A stretch of 64,000 nt of DNA. It comes from Phoronis australis (Eukaryota; Animalia; Phoronida). Shown here piece after piece: positions 60,742 through 64,000 of the stretch; the first letter of the stretch is position 1, and each line of letters starts with the position of its first letter. The translations under genes and the position numbers were made by a program. The stretch is from the NCBI GenBank assembly GCA_002633005.1, contig NMRA01000035.1, positions 1,331,059 to 1,395,058 on the forward strand, written 5' to 3'. The notes under the pieces were generated by a model. The model was not told the DNA's origin, searched no databases, and saw only the letters and a program-made list of their open reading frames with translations.

Positions 60742-63700
60742 TGATTTGATTGTGCATGGCTTGGACCGGCGAGACCTTAACCTTATTTCGATATTTTAAA
60801 ACATACTTCTAGGATACACTATGACTCATGGAGTACAGTGTCAGCCCTTCGTTATAGTGCATACTAGAACTATGTTCTAAAAGGAAATAAGCTCCCACGT
60901 TCATATATTGTTACTGGTTGACCTTGTCCTTGGGCTTGGTTTGAGTAATTGAGTTAAGTTAGACAGTGACCACTGTCTTTAGCTGGCCAGTAGAGACAGC
61001 GAAGCTCCTATATCCTGGAAACTTTTTGGTGAATTATGCCTCAGACTGATTAAAACATCAAAGTCACATTGTTATAAGTACCTTTTGCGCATAGAGTAAG
61101 GAGGCCGTCGATGTCTTTAATTCCCTCCAACTTGAACAAATAATCATGTTATCAAAGTTTTTCTTCGAGCAGTTCTTCGTTCAGTTCCCAAAATCGGAAA
61201 CTGGGCATTTTTAACACTGCGCAGTAGATGGTATGATGTCATATCCACTGGTGTGCGCCACTGATCTAGATTCTTCTTGTGTAATAGAGCAGGGCAATTA
61301 CCACGCCAGTGACGGCTTCATAGCAATTTAACACTAGCTGACAAACTTTGAAGCATGGTAGATCATAACTGGCATGGGCGAGTTGTGATGCTGGGCAAAC
61401 GACTTCGGAGGTACTCAACAATGGACTAAATTGATGTTTGAAGTTGACATTTAGCAGAGGAGTAACCAGTGGTAGAGTGGTTGAGCCTAGCTTGTCTTTA
61501 ACATTGGTATATGAGCAGTTGATTCCTTTTGCCAAGCTCCACTTGTTTGAATGGCCATGACTACCAGATTGCAACTGTGACATGTTGAGTTGCTTGAGAT
61601 CACTGAATTGCTGTCAGCTTCGTGTGTACATATACTTTGTTGTAGACCTAGTAACAAAGAATCAAATGGAGGCTCATCAGACGGATCATTGTTGACTGAC
61701 CTTCTACAAAAGGATCTCACGCTCAATGGAGACTTCAGGTAACATTATCCTACGGATACATGCCATTACAGGAATATTCCTGACCAGGTTTGAACCTGTG
61801 CCCTTTGGACGCACCTGATGATAAAAAGTGTATTTTTTCAGAAAGCTCTGCCCGCTAAGCTTAGTGTAATTAAAGTGGTAACATGTGAAATAGAAACCCC
61901 AAGGGCAATCAAAATAAGAGCAGAGTCATGTTTTACCCGGCGGGCTGTGAGTTGACTAGAGTCTTGCATTTTTGGAAGAGTGTTGCGTTTTAAAAGATGC
62001 GCTTGGGGGGGTACACTGATGCAATGTACTTGCGGGGGGAGGGTACACTGCTGCAATGTACTTGCGCCTTTTTATTTTTCTATGCACTAATGGCGCAAAG
62101 GTGCAGTTCAGGAATATCCCTGCTATATCATTGAGATTTTAAAGTCTGTACAAGCAGGTCTTCACTATAGTTTCTCTTTCAAAAGGTTTCAAAANAACAA
62201 TTAAAACCGTGAGGAACTGTTCTTTCTCCCAATACCATTTGCGATGTTCTGCTCTACCGAGTTCGCTACAAATTCGCTGTCAAAGCACAAAAATCTTCCC
62301 AAAAAGTCACTGCATACTATCAATGTGCTTCACACAATCGGATCAAGGTCAAATAGGGTATGGAATAATCCAGTGAGTTACGAATGGACGGCAATTGCCA
62401 GTTCTGATCACGGAAGGTCACGAAATGGTCTGGCTAAGTGCTTGCTAAGTGTGGAGTTATTACTGTTGTGACCTTCCGTGACAAACCAGCAGTTTCCGTA
62501 TAGCATATTGACAGTACGTAGCAACTTTTTGGGGAGAATTTTTTCCTTTGACTTCGAATTTATTGAGGACTTGGTGGAGCAGGACACCTTAAATGGTATT
62601 GGGAGAAAGAACGGTCAATTCCTCATGGGTTGATGAATCCCTGTTTTGTGTAAATTTATTGAGTTTTGTGTGTGCTATGGACGACTGAAGTGAAGCACCC
62701 ATGGAATTTCTAGTCCGGAATGTCATACCTTGTAGTATTCTATATAGTGTATTGGGGGATGGTCAGAAGCTGAGGACACCTGTGATTTGATTGTGCATGG
62801 CTTGGACCGGCGAGACCTTTACCTTATTTCGATCTTTTTAAACACACTTCTAGGATACACCATGACTCATGGAGTACAGTGTCAGCCCTTCGTTATAGTG
62901 CATACTAGAACTGTGTTCTAAAAGGAAGTAAGCTCCCACATTCTTATATTGATACTGATTGATCTTGTCCTTGGGCTTGGCTTGAGTAATTGAGTTAAGT
63001 TAGACAGTGACCACTGTCTCTAGCTGGCCAGTAGAGACAGTGAAGCTCCTATATCCTGGAAACTTTTTGGTGAATTATGCCTCAGATTAATTAAAACTTC
63101 AAAGTCACATTGTTATCAGTACCTTTTGCACATAGAGAGCGACACCTAAGGAGGCCGTAGATGTCATTAATTCCCTCCAACTTGAACAAATAATCATGTT
63201 ATCAACGTTTTTCTTCAAGCAGTTCTTCGTTCAGTTCCCAAAATCGGAAACTGGGCATTTTTAACACTGCGCAGTAGGTGGTATGACGTCATATCCACTG
63301 GTGTGTGCCACTGATCTAGATTGTTCTTGTGTAATAGAGCAGGTGACGGCTTCATAGCAATTAAACACTAGCTGACAAACTTTGAAGCATGTTAGATTAT
63401 AACTGGCATGGGCGAGTTGTGATGCTGGGCAAACGACTTCGGAGATACTCAACAATGGACTAAATTGATGTTTGGAGTTGACATACAGAGCAGTAATACC
63501 AGTGGTAGAGTGGTTGAGCCTAGCTTGTCTTTAACATATGAGCAGTTGATTCCTTTTGCCAAGCTCCACTTGATTCAAATGGCCATGACTACCAGATTGC
63601 AACTGTGACATCTTAAGTTGCTTGAGATCACTGAATTGCTGTCAGCTTCGTGTGTGCATACTTTGTTGTAGACCTAGTAACAAAGAATCAAATGACGGCT

Positions 63701-64000
63701 CATCAGATGGCTCATTGTTGACTGAACTTCTACAAAAGGATCTCACTCTCAATGGAGACTTCAGGTAACATTATCCTATGGATACATGCCATTACAGGAA
63801 TGTTCCTGACCAGGTTTGAACCTGTGCCCTTTGGGCGCACCTGATGATAAAAAGTGTCTTTTTTCAGAAAGTTCTGCCCACTAAGCTTAGTGTAATTAAA
63901 GTGGTAACATGTGAAATAGAAACCCCAAGGGCAATCAAAATAAGAGCAGAGTCATGTTTTACCCGGCGGGCTGTGAGTTGACTAGAGTCTTGCATTTTTG
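60180..64000. repeat. Direct duplication of about 1.8 kb (60180-61974 and about 62200-64000); second copy starts just after N at 62195
   Basis: Collinear throughout, with scattered SNPs and short indels. Confidence 0.95.

Overview
AT-rich, intron-containing animal genomic DNA. The repeat landscape and gene content suggest a marine invertebrate, but the taxon cannot be fixed from sequence alone. Three coding units are supported. (1) A complete 12-coding-exon MEIOB gene on the minus strand (53219 to 42355, 497 aa; all junctions GT-AG and phase-compatible, traced by hand). (2) The alpha-type first coding exon of a cGMP-dependent protein kinase (PRKG1-like; 25824 to 25505, minus strand). I could not find its next exon, so 1-25504 is probably one long intron. 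(3) An intronless, lysine/serine-rich 303-aa ORF of unknown family (37949-38860, plus strand) with RVxF- and SILK-like PP1-docking motifs. The rest is MITEs and non-autonomous DNA transposons, tRNA-derived SINE heads, Penelope-like relics, and mini/microsatellites. Three apparent tandem duplications each abut a single N and are probably haplotype-assembly artefacts. The more speculative signals lie in the PKG intron: candidate phase-2 micro first exons, a minisatellite made of splice donors, a candidate antisense spliced micro-gene, a 34-nt repeat with codon-like variation, and a degenerate hammerhead. No prokaryotic system or CRISPR array is present.
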